Origin: Nemertoderma westbladi
Lineage: Eukaryota; Animalia; Xenacoelomorpha
Reading direction: 5' to 3'
DNA length: 47,457 nucleotides
Assembly (NCBI GenBank): GCA_032718475.1
Contig: JAUCBJ010008931.1
Span: 1-47,457 of the forward strand
Shown here: piece after piece, positions 31,351 through 43,575 of the stretch
Numbering within the stretch: position 1 is the stretch's first letter
Layout of the letters: every line of letters begins with the position of its first letter
Made by a program: the position numbers and the translations under genes
The notes under the pieces: generated by a model
Told to the model about the DNA's origin: nothing
What the model saw: the letters and a program-made list of their open reading frames with translations, nothing else
The model's database searches: none

Positions 31351-31950
31351 CAAACCTAATATTTTATTATATCGCATCACAGATCATATGATGTTATGTA
31401 TTATGACTTGACTATCTATATTTAACAATCATTAACTCAATCTATCTAACCTTGAAATATTTAATATTACAGTTTCATCATTTTGTTAATATTATTTTAA
31501 CCCACTCGAGTGATGAGCAACATATGGCGGTAGGGTATGCTCGTATGTAGTAACATAGGGTAGGGTAACTAGTTGTGACACACTGGCCTGTATTTGTATA
31601 CACTTAATTAGGAGGAAATTTCCCAACTAAAATACCGGTTGGCGGTTTCCACCCACACACATATTTTAGCATTTAATGTCTATCCGGTTATAAAACAGTT
31701 CAGAAATTAACAACCTCTTTTAAGTTTTATTACTGTTGTATTTTCTAAATCAAAGGAAATTTTTTTTGTTATTTATTATTGTTATATTATCTTATCTTAT
31801 ATTGTATTATTTATATATTGTTGTCACATCGAAACAAACCGAGGGATTAGAGTTGGAGGAAGAGGAATATTATTTTTCATTGATCATCATTGCATTGCTA
31901 ATATCTATCAAAAGTCCTAGATTATTGTTGAAATAAGCAATTGATTAAAG

Positions 31951-32186
31951 GAGGCAGGGGGGGGGGGGGGGGGGGGGGGACTGGACGCAAAACCCGCCTT
32001 GGCGAATTAATATCCCGCCTCAATGTTAAATTCTCTATTTAGGGAAAGGAGCAGGTTACAGTGGCACGTTATTTTAACCAAAACAATAAACTAAACACAA
32101 TATAACAGGATACAGTTTTAATTTTGAGAATAATCCTGGAGAGGGGTGAATTTTTATTGCGTCCAGTTCCCCCCCCCCCCTATCTG
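31951..32186. mobile_element. MITE, copy 2, complete, with 8 bp TSD
   Basis: GATTAAAG at 31943-31950 and 32187-32194. TIR of poly-G + ACTGGACGCAA and TTGCGTCCAGT + poly-C. Confidence 0.85.
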
Positions 32187-32514
32187 GATTAAAGACCATG
32201 ACAAATGTGTTGATATTTGTATACCGGGTACTATTTATTGATGTAGTTTTTCTTGGGGGTCGAAATTCAGTCAGGTTTATCCCTGGGTAGAATTCAGTTG
32301 ATAAATTCCTTCAAATTTCCAAAATTAACAAATTAAAAAATGTATTAACAATAACAAATCTTAGCCTATAGATCCTAGACTATAAAATAATAAAAAACAA
32401 TGCCTAACTAAATAAGTAAAAAGAGCGTGGACAATAGGAAATTATAAATTCAAATAAAGTAACAAAAAAAAACTAAAAACTAAATTAATAATATTTATTG
32501 CACTGTAGAGTGTA

Positions 32515-32717
32515 GGAACTGTTTATATACTCATCGAACAGTTTATAAATCTCCTCGGGAACAGTTTTTATACTCATCGAAAAGTTTATTTACCTCGGGG
32601 ACAGTTTATATACTCATCGAATAGTATATTTACCTCGGGGAACAGTTTATATACCCATCGAATAGTTTATATACCTCGGGAAAAGTTTATTAACCTCGCA
32701 AAATTTATTTACCTCGT
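32515..32717. repeat. Degenerate minisatellite (alternating ~20 bp units) downstream of the PWWP gene stop
   Basis: Repeated AGTTTATATACTCATCGAA and AGTTTATTTACCTCGGG. Confidence 0.8.
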
Positions 32718-32728
32718 GTTCACATCAT

Positions 32729-33811
32729 TTACATCGGGACAACCTGTTCGTATTCATTGGCTTTCTCTCCCTCACCTTCACCCTTCTTTGCCCCCTCACC
32801 TTCCTCCCGCTTGACCTCCTTATTGACCTCCTTCACCCCCTTACCGACCTTCGACTGTGGTCTCTTCGCCCCCCTGGGGCGGGGTGGAGGCGGCGGATTC
32901 AGATAGTAATAGCTCTTATAGTACTCATCGCGCAGCTTCTGGTAGACAAACCTCGCGCCCACGCGGATCTTACGGACCTGGTAATGCTGAACTTCTCGTA
33001 GGATCCTGAGGATCCGTGGATGCCTCCACATGATCCGGGGAGTGATGTCCATCTGGTTGAGGGAGTTGATGCAGCGTACGGCCTTGGCGATGTCCGTGTC
33101 CCCCTCGACGAGACTCAAGCGGAGCTCGGCGACCGTGACGGGGGCAGTGAACTCAGCCCGGAGTTCCGTCCAGGCGGTGTTCCGTACCGCACCAACGGTG
33201 CGCAGGTTGAAGGACTTGAACCAGGACCACATGATTTCCGGGATCATGACTGGGCACCTGCCGCCGTAGGGGGGGAAGTGGCGATTGTGGACGTATTGGA
33301 CGACGTTGTAGATGGGCCCGATGCAGATCCAGTTGGAGCGGTTGTGGAAGCAAACCAACTCAGCTGTTGGAAATGGACGGAAGTCGAACCTCCTTCCTTT
33401 CATTAGGCCCCAAGTGTACTCGAGATCGTAGTATTCATTGAGCGCTTTCCAAGTGACTGGCTTCCTTAGGTTGTAATAGAATACCACCGGTATCGGAGGT
33501 ACTCCATCGTCATCGCTGTCGGGAAACTCTTGGTGTTCGAGGTCCTCCTTGAACTGTTTTAGATCGTTTAGCGAGTAGTTAAACGCCTTGTTTCCTCTCC
33601 GGACGCCAAGGGTTCGCTTGTTCTTCTCGTAATCGCGAATCTTCGATGCGGGGACATCCCAGATCTCCTGCGCTCCGAAGAAGTAGACGGAGTATTTATC
33701 GCCCCGTTTCTGCGGTACAGAGACAATACGCGCGGGCCACGCCTGGAAGCCTTCCAGTTCAGCGAACACCAGTTGTACTGGCTGGAATCGAGCTCGCAGA
33801 TTTTTCGCCAT
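32729..33811 (-). CDS. LEDGF/HDGFL2-like protein: PWWP, central PUR-like segment and integrase-binding (IBD) domain; intronless
   Basis: FQPVQLVFAELEGFQAWPARI...KYSVYFFGAQE (HDGF-type PWWP). AELRLSL...DIAKAVRCINSL...HPRILRILREV...VYQKLR (IBD). Confidence 0.8.
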   Translation of the reverse strand: MAKNLRARFQPVQLVFAELEGFQAWPARIVSVPQKRGDKYSVYFFGAQEIWDVPASKIRDYEKNKRTLGVRRGNKAFNYSLNDLKQFKEDLEHQEFPDSDDDGVPPIPVVFYYNLRKPVTWKALNEYYDLEYTWGLMKGRRFDFRPFPTAELVCFHNRSNWICIGPIYNVVQYVHNRHFPPYGGRCPVMIPEIMWSWFKSFNLRTVGAVRNTAWTELRAEFTAPVTVAELRLSLVEGDTDIAKAVRCINSLNQMDITPRIMWRHPRILRILREVQHYQVRKIRVGARFVYQKLRDEYYKSYYYLNPPPPPRPRGAKRPQSKVGKGVKEVNKEVKREEGEGAKKGEGEGEKANEYEQVVPM

Positions 33812-34644
33812 AGCGGGAGCGGAACGTGGTTTTGTACTTCAGTACTTGTACAGTACCTACTGTATTAGTTGTCTGCAAACCTGTAGACTGGTAGAAGCAG
33901 GTAGCTACAGTGCTACAGATAAATTCAAATATTAGATCGGTAGCGTGAGCGTGGACTGTCTATTGTAGGCCTACACACAATTTATTGACAGTGCGATGGT
34001 ACATAATGCGAAACAGATTACCGCAGTCTATAGCAGTATAGGTCAACTGTATGTGGCACGGCGATTCTTTCAGTTTGTACAAGTTTTCAGACAGTACCGG
34101 TGAAGCTGTAATTGTTACAGTAGGCCAACAACTACAATTAATAATAGACAAGCACATTCAGATAACCAGAGTTAGGCTGGTAAGTAGATGTACATTATTT
34201 GCTGGTACGGTAATTGTTTCAGTTTGATTTCATCAAACCGATTGCGTTTGTCATGTGATGTCTACAGCTGATTTTAGTGCTTCCCTTAGTTTCGTCTTGT
34301 GAGTGTGAGTTGTTCATATTGGATGGTGGACCCATAACTAAACGGCCCATACTCCAGGTTGAAAGGCTGACACCCAAACTAACTACGGATTTATTACTAA
34401 TCATGATATGAAATCATGATATGAATTTTACTATTTAATTTGAAATTGATTAATTTCTGGCTGTTCAATTAATATTTATATCTCACAAACAGCACCATTC
34501 ATAAGCATTCACGGTTAGAGAATGCTATTGAAACGAAATAGAAGGGCCCTTAATGGTAGGCAAGGGATAGAAGAGGAGCAGAAGCCAAGTAATTATTTAG
34601 CTTGAAGGATTAAGCGTTACATTTACTATATGTCACCTCGACTC

Positions 34645-34853
34645 CCGACTCAGCTACCCAGACAGCCAGACTATCGACTCGGCTACTATGCAGATAGCCA
34701 GACTATCGACTCGGCTACCCAGACAGCCAGACTATCGACTCGGCTACTCAGATAGCCAGACTATCGACTCGGCTACCCAGACAGCCAGACTATCGACTCG
34801 GCTACCCAGACAGCCAGACTATCGACTCGGCTACTACTGTATACAGATAGCCA
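34645..34853. repeat. Minisatellite, 29 bp unit GACTATCGACTCGGCTACCCAGACAGCCA, about 7 copies
   Basis: Read directly from the sequence. Confidence 0.93.
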
Positions 34854-36394
34854 GGTTGAAGGTATCAACTCATCTTCACTAAAAGGGGGTGCTGGTGAGT
34901 TGATTATATTGGTTGTCTGGCTTGGCACGCTGCATATGGCTGTCATATTCACGAGTTTAGTGGTCACAACGCTACGAAAATGCCTTTTTGTGAAATAATT
35001 GTTGTCTACAGTAATTGAATTAGGCCTACCAATATATTTCCCAACTTTATATCACATTCCCACATTATTTTTTTCCAGTGTGACACTACATCACGCGTGT
35101 ACAATGTCAGTATGTCGTGGTTGTACCTAAATACAGAATAAGTCTTTTGGATAGTGTAATTTTAGGAAAAAATAAAATATGAAAAATGGATAGAAGGTCC
35201 GGAATTTAGGATTTAATGCAAAATATTCAAAAACAGATAACTTTACTGAACACAAATTATATGTATTTAATAAATTTCAACTAATAAATATTAAGAAATA
35301 TGGAAGTGTGATGCTTTAAACAACTACAATAATCAAACGAAGTAAATGTAATAAAAAGCGTAACAGTGATAAGCTGATTGGCAGTGACGTGATCCAGAGA
35401 TTTTAAAAGAGAATCAATCAGTTGAAGCATTGCTGGAATCAAAATGCAAATACTAAGTTCTTTTGGGGAATGTTTTGGGTTCCGGAACTTATAGATTCGT
35501 TGGTACCAAATGGATGGTCCCACGTGAAAGAGCATAACATTTTAAAATAAAACTAAATGTTTGCTGTCACTCATGAACTGAATTAATTGTGGAAAAAGCC
35601 TTTGAATGAGAATTCATAACCTTCCACAATCCACTTCTTACAACTCAGTACAACTGAAGATTATATGATGAACGGTATAGTTCAGTATAGATCAATGATC
35701 AATATGGTATTGTGACCCGAGTCAGGAAAATGGCTTATACACATTTCACATTGACCAGTAATTCCAAAAATAATCAATCATTAAACACATTAAACATTTT
35801 GTGCTCTAATCACATGGGACCATCCTTTGGTCACATACGACACTCAAAACCTTATAGAATATAACAATTACTGGTATTGAATTCCTAAAACCAATACATG
35901 TAACAACACTGGCAATGAAATATTATTAACTGCTGTATTATATAAATTATTAAGAAATAATGAAATGCATTATATAGGAAATATATTGGGAAATATATAT
36001 TGCGTTTATTGACATACTTTAATCAGTTTTTGTGTATTTACTGATTGGTGCAATTACCTAAATTCGTAAGTTTTAGTCAATTAAAGATATTAGGTCATTG
36101 GTCAGTAAGGATGGCTCATTTTTGCAAATTCACACTTTTGCTTATAATCCAGTTTATATCAACCGATTTTAATGGTTGATGGCTCGTTTTGAAGATTAGA
36201 GCGAGCTCTACAACATAGATAAAATCTGAGTTGCACACTAATATTGTATTTTCACTACAAGAAGTCAAGTCATAAAAATGTATACCTTGGTGTCTACCTT
36301 GGGCGTTGCAAAATATAGTCCCCATGAAATAAACTGCCATACTGAATAAGGAGATTCTCCAAATTCGAAAACTGTAAACTGTGTGCAAACTTAC

Positions 36395-36700
36395 CCCTAA
36401 TATGTTGTGTTAAACTACAGGTAAACAATACATGAGATTCATTTTGAATTGACACGTTATCACAACTACATACCCTCTGATCTCTAGGTGTCCTACTCCA
36501 TCGTCCTTTTTCTATTCTGAGGTTATGTGATTATGACAAGCCTAACCTGCTGTAGTAAAACTTTTTCTAAGGTAATCTGGAATGTAACTTTTTGACAAGT
36601 AAATAACGTGGGGTGTAAGTGTACTATTTATTTCGGATCTATAAAAGACAAACTTACTTGCTGTCTCGGGTTTATTTAAAACAACACCTTTACTTTTTTC
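36395..36700 (-). mobile_element. Degenerate non-LTR retrotransposon 3' end (C-terminal Cys/His domain)
   Basis: SKFVFY...YIPDYLRKSF, then after a frameshift and stop SHNLRIEKGRWSRTPRDQRVCSC...QNESHVLFTC. Confidence 0.8.
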
Positions 36701-37254
36701 AAAACTATTACATATAGGCAATTGCCGTCCTTCCAGCCGCCGATCACCCAGTTGAAAGTCCAGCTGCATTGGGAGGGGGTGGTGATCCCGACTGGCATGT
36801 TGGTGTAGTTAACCACCACCCCTTCGCGGCTGAACTATTTCTTCCCAACCCAACCACGACCACCCCTTCGTGGCCGAACCATTCCAACCCACCCCACCAC
36901 CGAACCAAATGCCATACGCGGTGATGACAGGCTAATTCAAGAGCTTTAGTTTTAGATACTTTTGATTTGATTATTATAATGATAAATTCAAAGTGCAAAA
37001 CACTGATACAGGTATATTTTCGACCAATTTACCTATATGGTACTGTGTACTGTGGTACTCAATGCAACAAAAATAATACAATAATTACCGGTACTAAATT
37101 AAGTTTTTTATAGTTAAAATCTCCCCCCCTCCCCTTGGATACTCCCATGCTGTAAAACATTATTACATTAAATTTTTCGAACCTTTCTCATTTGTAAGTA
37201 AACACCATAGAATAATATTGATACTGATTCCCTATGAAAAACCAAGACAATAGA

Positions 37255-37390
37255 TTAGCCGTAACGCGACAATTAGCCGTAACGCGACTTTTTGAGTAGC
37301 CGTACCGCGACTTTCAAAGTCGCGTTACGGCTACTCAGAAAATTAGCCGTAACGCGACTTTCCGTAACGCGACATTAGCCGTACCGCCAC
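37255..37390. repeat. Cluster of direct and inverted TAGCCGTAACGCGAC units, probable modular transposon end
   Basis: About six direct copies and one inverted copy forming a hairpin at ~37292-37337. Confidence 0.75.
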
Positions 37391-37904
37391 TGCGCCTTTT
37401 AATCCGGACAAACTTCCTCAAAGAGCCACGAAAAACAGGCTGTCGAAAATTGCTACAGTCCCAACATCTAATCCGCGAGAGGCATGCTTACATAGCATTT
37501 CAAAGGAACTAGCTTAGCAGACCCCCTACTCCCACCCCACCACCATGTACACATAGAGGCGATGAAACCCGCAAACTAGTCGAACAGATTTTCTGGGGCT
37601 TCAGTTAACTATTCTGATAAGTTAATGAACATATTGAATTTGTTTATTTGTAATGATTTGTCGTGTTTATAGCAAATGATGTCGTACACAACACATACAA
37701 AAAACAGACATGTAAATTACTATCAATTATTCAGTTACAGTGCATCTGTCTCCCGAAACTTTAACTATTACATATAGGCTTACTCTGAATATTGAACTGA
37801 ATATACTGACCCCAGATATTATAGCCTACCTTATTTACTTGTTTTCAAAATCACTAATATCGTAACCCTTGATACACAAATCTCATGCCTTAAAGATTGA
37901 ACCC

Positions 37905-38148
37905 ATGTTTACCTTGTTACACCAAACGAAGAATACCTTGCTACACAACACGTATACCTTGGTACACTACTTTGCTACACAACACCTATACCTTGGTACA
38001 CTACCTTGCTACACAACACGTATACCTTGGCACACTACCTTGCTACACAACACGTATACCTTGGTACACAAAACGTATACCTTGAAAATTTAACCAATGT
38101 ATACCTTGGTACACAAAAATGTATACCTTGAACCCATGTATACCTTGG
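37905..38148. repeat. Minisatellite, ~34-35 bp unit TACACAACACGTATACCTTGGTACACTACCTTGC
   Basis: About four full and several partial copies. Confidence 0.88.
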
Positions 38149-38810
38149 ATGTCTACATTGGATAGCATTTAGCGTTACTTCGCCTATAAAACTTTTAGAC
38201 TCGAGTATATTTATATATTTTGACCAGATCTGGAAAGAGCTCAAAAAGACGATTCCAATGGTATATAATATATTGGGGTTCGGCAAGAAATAAAATAAAA
38301 TATTTTGCAACGCTTTGAGCCACGTTTATTGACCAATGACCATTATTATTATTATGTATTATATGAAACTACTATTAGATAACAAGTATGTCACTCTTAA
38401 TAAGAAAACAATTATTTGACATTCCATAACGACACAAAAAGCACATCTAATAATAATAAATGAGAAATGGTATATTGAGTAATTTAATTACATAATGGGA
38501 CAATTTACAATATCTTATTCTAGTATTTAATCCATCAACATGGTCAGTTAAATATATGTCAGGTATTGTCTAAAATGAAACAACAAATAGCATATTTAAG
38601 TTTATCCAGAAGCATGTTTACATGAAACAAAACCTTCACCAAAATGTAAAACTGGATAAACATTAAATTGCTCAAACTTACTCACACCCAGTGATATAGT
38701 GCTCTCTATTGTCTTACATAACATGATTCAATTTTAAAATTAAGTCAAATTCACACACTAAGCGACTCAGCTCAAGCTATCAACCCTCCAATGTCGTTCT
38801 ACTGATTCCA

Positions 38811-40232
38811 CTACTTCAGAGCTGCAACTTCCATAAAGTATGCTGCCATAACCTTCATTCCTTCAACATAATTACGTCGATCAAGTTTCTCATTCTGAGA
38901 ATGGGCACCATCATCAGCCGCACCCACAGGAAGAAGCATGACATTCTTCCCTGTTGCTTCTTGGAATGTCAGAGTAACTGGAATGGATCCACCTTCTCTC
39001 GTAAGATCTGGCTCTGTACCAAAAACACTCTTCATCGCCTTTCGACCAGCCAAGAAGTGAGGATGTTGGGGATCAGCAACCCATGGTTTACCCCCATGCC
39101 CCATTATGACCTTCACCTGATTGGGACTTCCACGTTCTTTATGAAGTTTCTCTATATAAGAAGTAACAACAGCTTCTACAGCACTTGGTGTCATATTTGG
39201 AACTAATCTAACAGAGAATTTCCCTGTGACTTTCATAGGAATCACAGTTTTAGAGCCTTCACCATCAAATGCTCCTTGAACACCATGAACTGATAATGAG
39301 GGGTATCTCCATCTTCGCATTAACACATCCTTCTTGCTTGTTTCAGTAAGCCTAGCATGGCCAATATCTGCTCTAAATTCTTCCAAATCAAAATCAATTG
39401 GAATGTAGCTGTCCTCCTCAGATCTACTCACTCCCGCCACCATTTCATTAATACCAGGAATAAGAATATTACCTTTCACATCTGTAAGTTGACCCATTAG
39501 ATAACACAAGTCAATCATAGCTTCATGTACAGAGCCTCCATACACACCAGAGTGAAGATCTTTGTGAGCACATTGAACTTCTAGAAAAAAATAACAGATA
39601 CCACGAAGACCATATGTGAGACATGGTTTGTTCTTACCAAGCCAATAATTATCTGAGATACATACATAATCAACATCACTGAAGAATGTATTCTTTCTTT
39701 CCATAATAACATCATCTAATCCTTCACTTCCACTTTCCTCCATTCCTTCGAAACAAAATTTTAGGTTTACAGGAATAGGAATATCCAAAGCTTGATAAGC
39801 TTCAATAACATTAAGCCAACACAGAACTGGACCTTTATCATCAGAAGAACCCCGACCAAACATCTTCCCATCTATTTCAGTGAGAACAAAAGGTTCAGTA
39901 TTCCACCCATCACTTTTATGTGCAGGTTGAACATCTAGATGCCCATATACCAATACAGTCTTTTTAGTTGGATCTTTTCCAAGATGTCCAAGTATAATAG
40001 GAGGTAACTGAAGCTTTGTCCCATCAGGCAATATTTGCTCACCAGGGTTAACTAGTTCTGTAGTTACTCCAAGTTTAACCAATTTAGCATCCGTGTAACT
40101 GACCATTTGGTTGACATCCTTTCGGTGATCTGGCCAGCCTGATACACTCTTTATAGCAACAACTTCGGCTAAACGTTTCACATATTCATCCTGGTTTTGG
40201 TCTATGTATTTGAAAAGCTTCTCTTGGGCCAT
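38811..40232 (-). CDS. CNDP2: Cytosolic non-specific dipeptidase (M20A), intact active site, intronless CDS
   Basis: [54 protein letters not shown]. Confidence 0.95.
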   Translation of the reverse strand: MAQEKLFKYIDQNQDEYVKRLAEVVAIKSVSGWPDHRKDVNQMVSYTDAKLVKLGVTTELVNPGEQILPDGTKLQLPPIILGHLGKDPTKKTVLVYGHLDVQPAHKSDGWNTEPFVLTEIDGKMFGRGSSDDKGPVLCWLNVIEAYQALDIPIPVNLKFCFEGMEESGSEGLDDVIMERKNTFFSDVDYVCISDNYWLGKNKPCLTYGLRGICYFFLEVQCAHKDLHSGVYGGSVHEAMIDLCYLMGQLTDVKGNILIPGINEMVAGVSRSEEDSYIPIDFDLEEFRADIGHARLTETSKKDVLMRRWRYPSLSVHGVQGAFDGEGSKTVIPMKVTGKFSVRLVPNMTPSAVEAVVTSYIEKLHKERGSPNQVKVIMGHGGKPWVADPQHPHFLAGRKAMKSVFGTEPDLTREGGSIPVTLTFQEATGKNVMLLPVGAADDGAHSQNEKLDRRNYVEGMKVMAAYFMEVAALK

Positions 40233-40800
40233 CTTTGTTAGTTAGTTCAATTATGTAAATATATACATATATGTGTGTGTGTATCCAAAAGTTAAGTCTG
40301 TAGTGTTTTCTTGCTTGGTATAATTACTATTTTGTTAATTATTATGGTATATGATGGAATTGCTCTAAATTATTATGAAAGAACTGCCTGCACTATACAA
40401 CAATAATTATTTTAAATTACATTAAGAAACGATGAATTGAATGCTCTCAAATGAATAAATATATTGTAAATTGTAATATGGATATAATAATACATTTATA
40501 CTTATTCAAATAATACTGATAAAATGATGAATCATAGCAATTAAAATTATTCTTCTACCAACAACTAGATATAATGTATACAATGTAAGGGATAAAGGTA
40601 TGGATGTGGGTGTACATAACATAACTGTACAGTTCTCTCCCATACTCTATAGCTTATATCACAGTATATTCCAGAGTCCAGTATGGACAGATAATTATCT
40701 GAATACATAGTCCACATTATTTCCACTCAGGAAAAGATAATAATATATATATCTACTGTGATTAATTATCATTGAGTTTCAAATGTTAATGAGAACACAC

Positions 40801-41445
40801 TAGTGTTGCAATGGGATCCTGATCCCGAAAATCGGATCTCGATGGAAAAATATCTTGATTTTTCGGCAATTGCTATATCTGAATTTATATGCCCTGCTGC
40901 TTAAAATTAGTAAAGATTTTTAAAAAAGTACAATTTTTGCAAATAACAAAAACTGAATACTAAAATGAATAATAAATTAAAAGAATAGGTAGCGGTTTTG
41001 CTTTTACAACTACCTGCAGTTCTCAGTAGCTTACCTAGTATGTGCATACCGTACCCTTCATCATACATATGTGTAAAATAAAAAAAACTATAGAAAAATA
41101 TTATTTCAGTCTTTTGTTCTTAAAAATGTTGCAGAAATTATATTAAAAACGTATATGGAATGAAATACATACATGGGAAATAAACTACGTCTGTGAACCA
41201 TTTGAAAAAAAAGGCAGTGGAAATTTTTACCTATCTACATTTAGACATTTTTTAGTACATGAGAATTCTTGAAATATATTTTTTAACTCCTATAAAGAGG
41301 GCAGGCCAGATAGCTATTTTAAGTTTTAGATGAATGTATGGCCGCAAAAAAATTAAAAATCCCGATCCTGATCCCGAAAATCGGGATCCCGACAGTTGCA
41401 ATCCAGAATCCCGAAATTGTGGATCCCGATCCCGTTGCAAAACTA
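40801..41445. mobile_element. hAT-type MITE
   Basis: TIR TAGTGTTGCAA / TTGCAAAACTA. 8 bp TSD GAACACAC at 40793-40800 and 41446-41453. Subterminal GATCCCGA repeats. Confidence 0.9.
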
Positions 41446-42165
41446 GAACACACCCTCCCTATACGGGCCATTCATCTGTTAATCAGACCTCTTGGATGAA
41501 TTGTTTCCTGTGTAACAATAAAATGTGAGGTATATAATTAATGTCCATATAACTAACTGCTACAACTTTTATTTAATCTGGCAGTAACAGTACTCCTGCT
41601 ACTGTCACAGTGTAAACTTTTCAAGAATTTATATTGTAATATAGTTGTCATGTGTGGACGTAGTCATCATGGGAGTCTTCGAAATAAAATAACATGATTA
41701 GCTTGAACAGAATGAACACAATTACATACATGTACTGTACGTACACTACATACTACTTACAACGGCACTCTACCAATCATAAGCACAATGCTTTTTTAAT
41801 ACTGCTGAGCTCTAAGATATTTATACATTTAAAAATGAAACAAAAATTAAATACGGTTTTTAAAATGAATTAAACGATTTATGATTTAAATTGAATTTTA
41901 TACTAATAATAGTAACAAGCAATATATATATATACACAATTCACCATCTTTATGAATTTAACTAGCACATTAATAAGGCAGTTAGGGTTTAAAACAATTA
42001 ACAGTAAGACATTTTATACCACCACCACGCTGTTGGAAGACCGTTAGAAAGCCAAAGCACCACTATATAATTTTTACTAACAACAACCCATAAATTTATA
42101 AGAAAAACTGCAATTCCCTAAAAAAATATACTGCTACTTATAAACAACCATGTTTATGGGCAGAG

Positions 42166-43575
42166 CTACTCAAGAGCAGCAACCTCGATAAGGAAAGCTG
42201 CCAACACCTTCATTCCTTCAACATAATTATGTCGAGTGAGTTTCTCATTTTCAGAATTGGGTCCAGCATCACCTGCACCAACAGGAAGAAGTATAACATT
42301 CTTTCCTGTTGTTTCTAGGAATGTCTGAGTAACTGGAATGGATCCACCTTCTTTCTTAAGATCTGGCTCTGTACCAAAAACACCCTTCATCGCTTTTCTA
42401 CCTGCCAAGAAGTGACGATGCTGGGGATTGGCAACCCACGGTTTAGCACCATGCTCCAGTATGACCTTCACCTGATTGGGACTTCCACGTTCTCTCTGAA
42501 GTTTCTCTATATAAGAAGTAACAGCATATTCTACAGCACTTGGTGTCATATTAGGAACCAAACTTATTGAAAATTCACCTCTGACTCTCATTGGAATTAG
42601 AGTTTTACAACCATCACCATTAATTGACCCATCAATCCCATGAATTGATAGTGAAGGATATTGCCACTGATGTATCAACACTCTCTGCTCCATTGCCTCT
42701 GTAAGATTCATAAGACGTAGGTTCTGTTGAAACTTGTCTACGTCAAAATTATCTGCATCATAATAGTCTTTCTCCAATTCATTCAGACTAGCCATCTTTT
42801 CTTTTATACCTGGAATAAGTATATTTCCCTCAACATCAGTTAGTTGGCCCATCAGGTAGCAAATATCTGGAAAGGCCTCACAAATAACACCCCTGGTTTC
42901 AGAGTCAACATCTTTTTGTGCACACTGTACTTCCAGAACAAAGTTACAGGTGCCACATTGGCCATAATTACGACATGGTTTCTTGTCACCAAGCCAATTA
43001 CTACAAACGTAGTCAATGTCACTCAAAAATGAAAATTTGTTTGTTGCTAGTATATTATGTAAACCATGGCTTCCACTTCCCCCCATTCCCTCCAAACAAA
43101 ATTTAATGTTTATAGGCAGGGGAATTCCTAGTGCTTGGTAGGATTCTATAACATTAAGCCAACATAGGACAGGCCCTTTACCATCAGAAGTACCACGACC
43201 AAACATCTTCCCATCTATTTCAGTGAGAACAAAAGGTTCAGTATTCCACCCATCACTTTTATGTGCAGGTTGAACATCGAGATGCCCATATATTAGCACA
43301 GTCTTTTTAGATGGATCTGATCCCAAATGTGCAAGGATAACTGGTGGAAGAGGTATACATGACCCTTCTTGAATTATTTGCATTCCAGGATTTACAAGCT
43401 CAGTTGAAGCACACAGTTTGAGTAAAGTACAATTTATGTAATTGATAGCCTTTGCAACATCAACACGATGGTCTGGCCAAGCTGACACACTTTCAAAGGA
43501 AACAACTTCGGCTAAATGTTTTATATACAGTTCCTGATGATCCTCTATATATTGAAATAGTTTTTCCAGGGCCAT
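42166..43575 (-). CDS. CNDP2 tandem paralogue, predicted catalytically inactive
   Basis: Full-length open frame, but EGMEES>EGMGGS, ISDNYW>SNW, DLHSG>DVDSE, GAHSQNE>GPNSENE and SDDKG>SDGKG. Confidence 0.88.
   Translation of the reverse strand: MALEKLFQYIEDHQELYIKHLAEVVSFESVSAWPDHRVDVAKAINYINCTLLKLCASTELVNPGMQIIQEGSCIPLPPVILAHLGSDPSKKTVLIYGHLDVQPAHKSDGWNTEPFVLTEIDGKMFGRGTSDGKGPVLCWLNVIESYQALGIPLPINIKFCLEGMGGSGSHGLHNILATNKFSFLSDIDYVCSNWLGDKKPCRNYGQCGTCNFVLEVQCAQKDVDSETRGVICEAFPDICYLMGQLTDVEGNILIPGIKEKMASLNELEKDYYDADNFDVDKFQQNLRLMNLTEAMEQRVLIHQWQYPSLSIHGIDGSINGDGCKTLIPMRVRGEFSISLVPNMTPSAVEYAVTSYIEKLQRERGSPNQVKVILEHGAKPWVANPQHRHFLAGRKAMKGVFGTEPDLKKEGGSIPVTQTFLETTGKNVILLPVGAGDAGPNSENEKLTRHNYVEGMKVLAAFLIEVAALE

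Noticed and set aside
30804-33406. Antisense and overlapping ORFs over the Gag and PWWP genes
   Set aside because: Shadow frames of GC-rich coding sequence.
34688-38093. ORFs with repeated peptides (TARLSTRLPRQPDYRLG, LLHNTYTLVH)
   Set aside because: They are translations of minisatellites.
40690-40735. Short similarity to CNDP2 (ATAATTATCTGA...) suggesting a third copy
   Set aside because: Too short and AT-rich to support.
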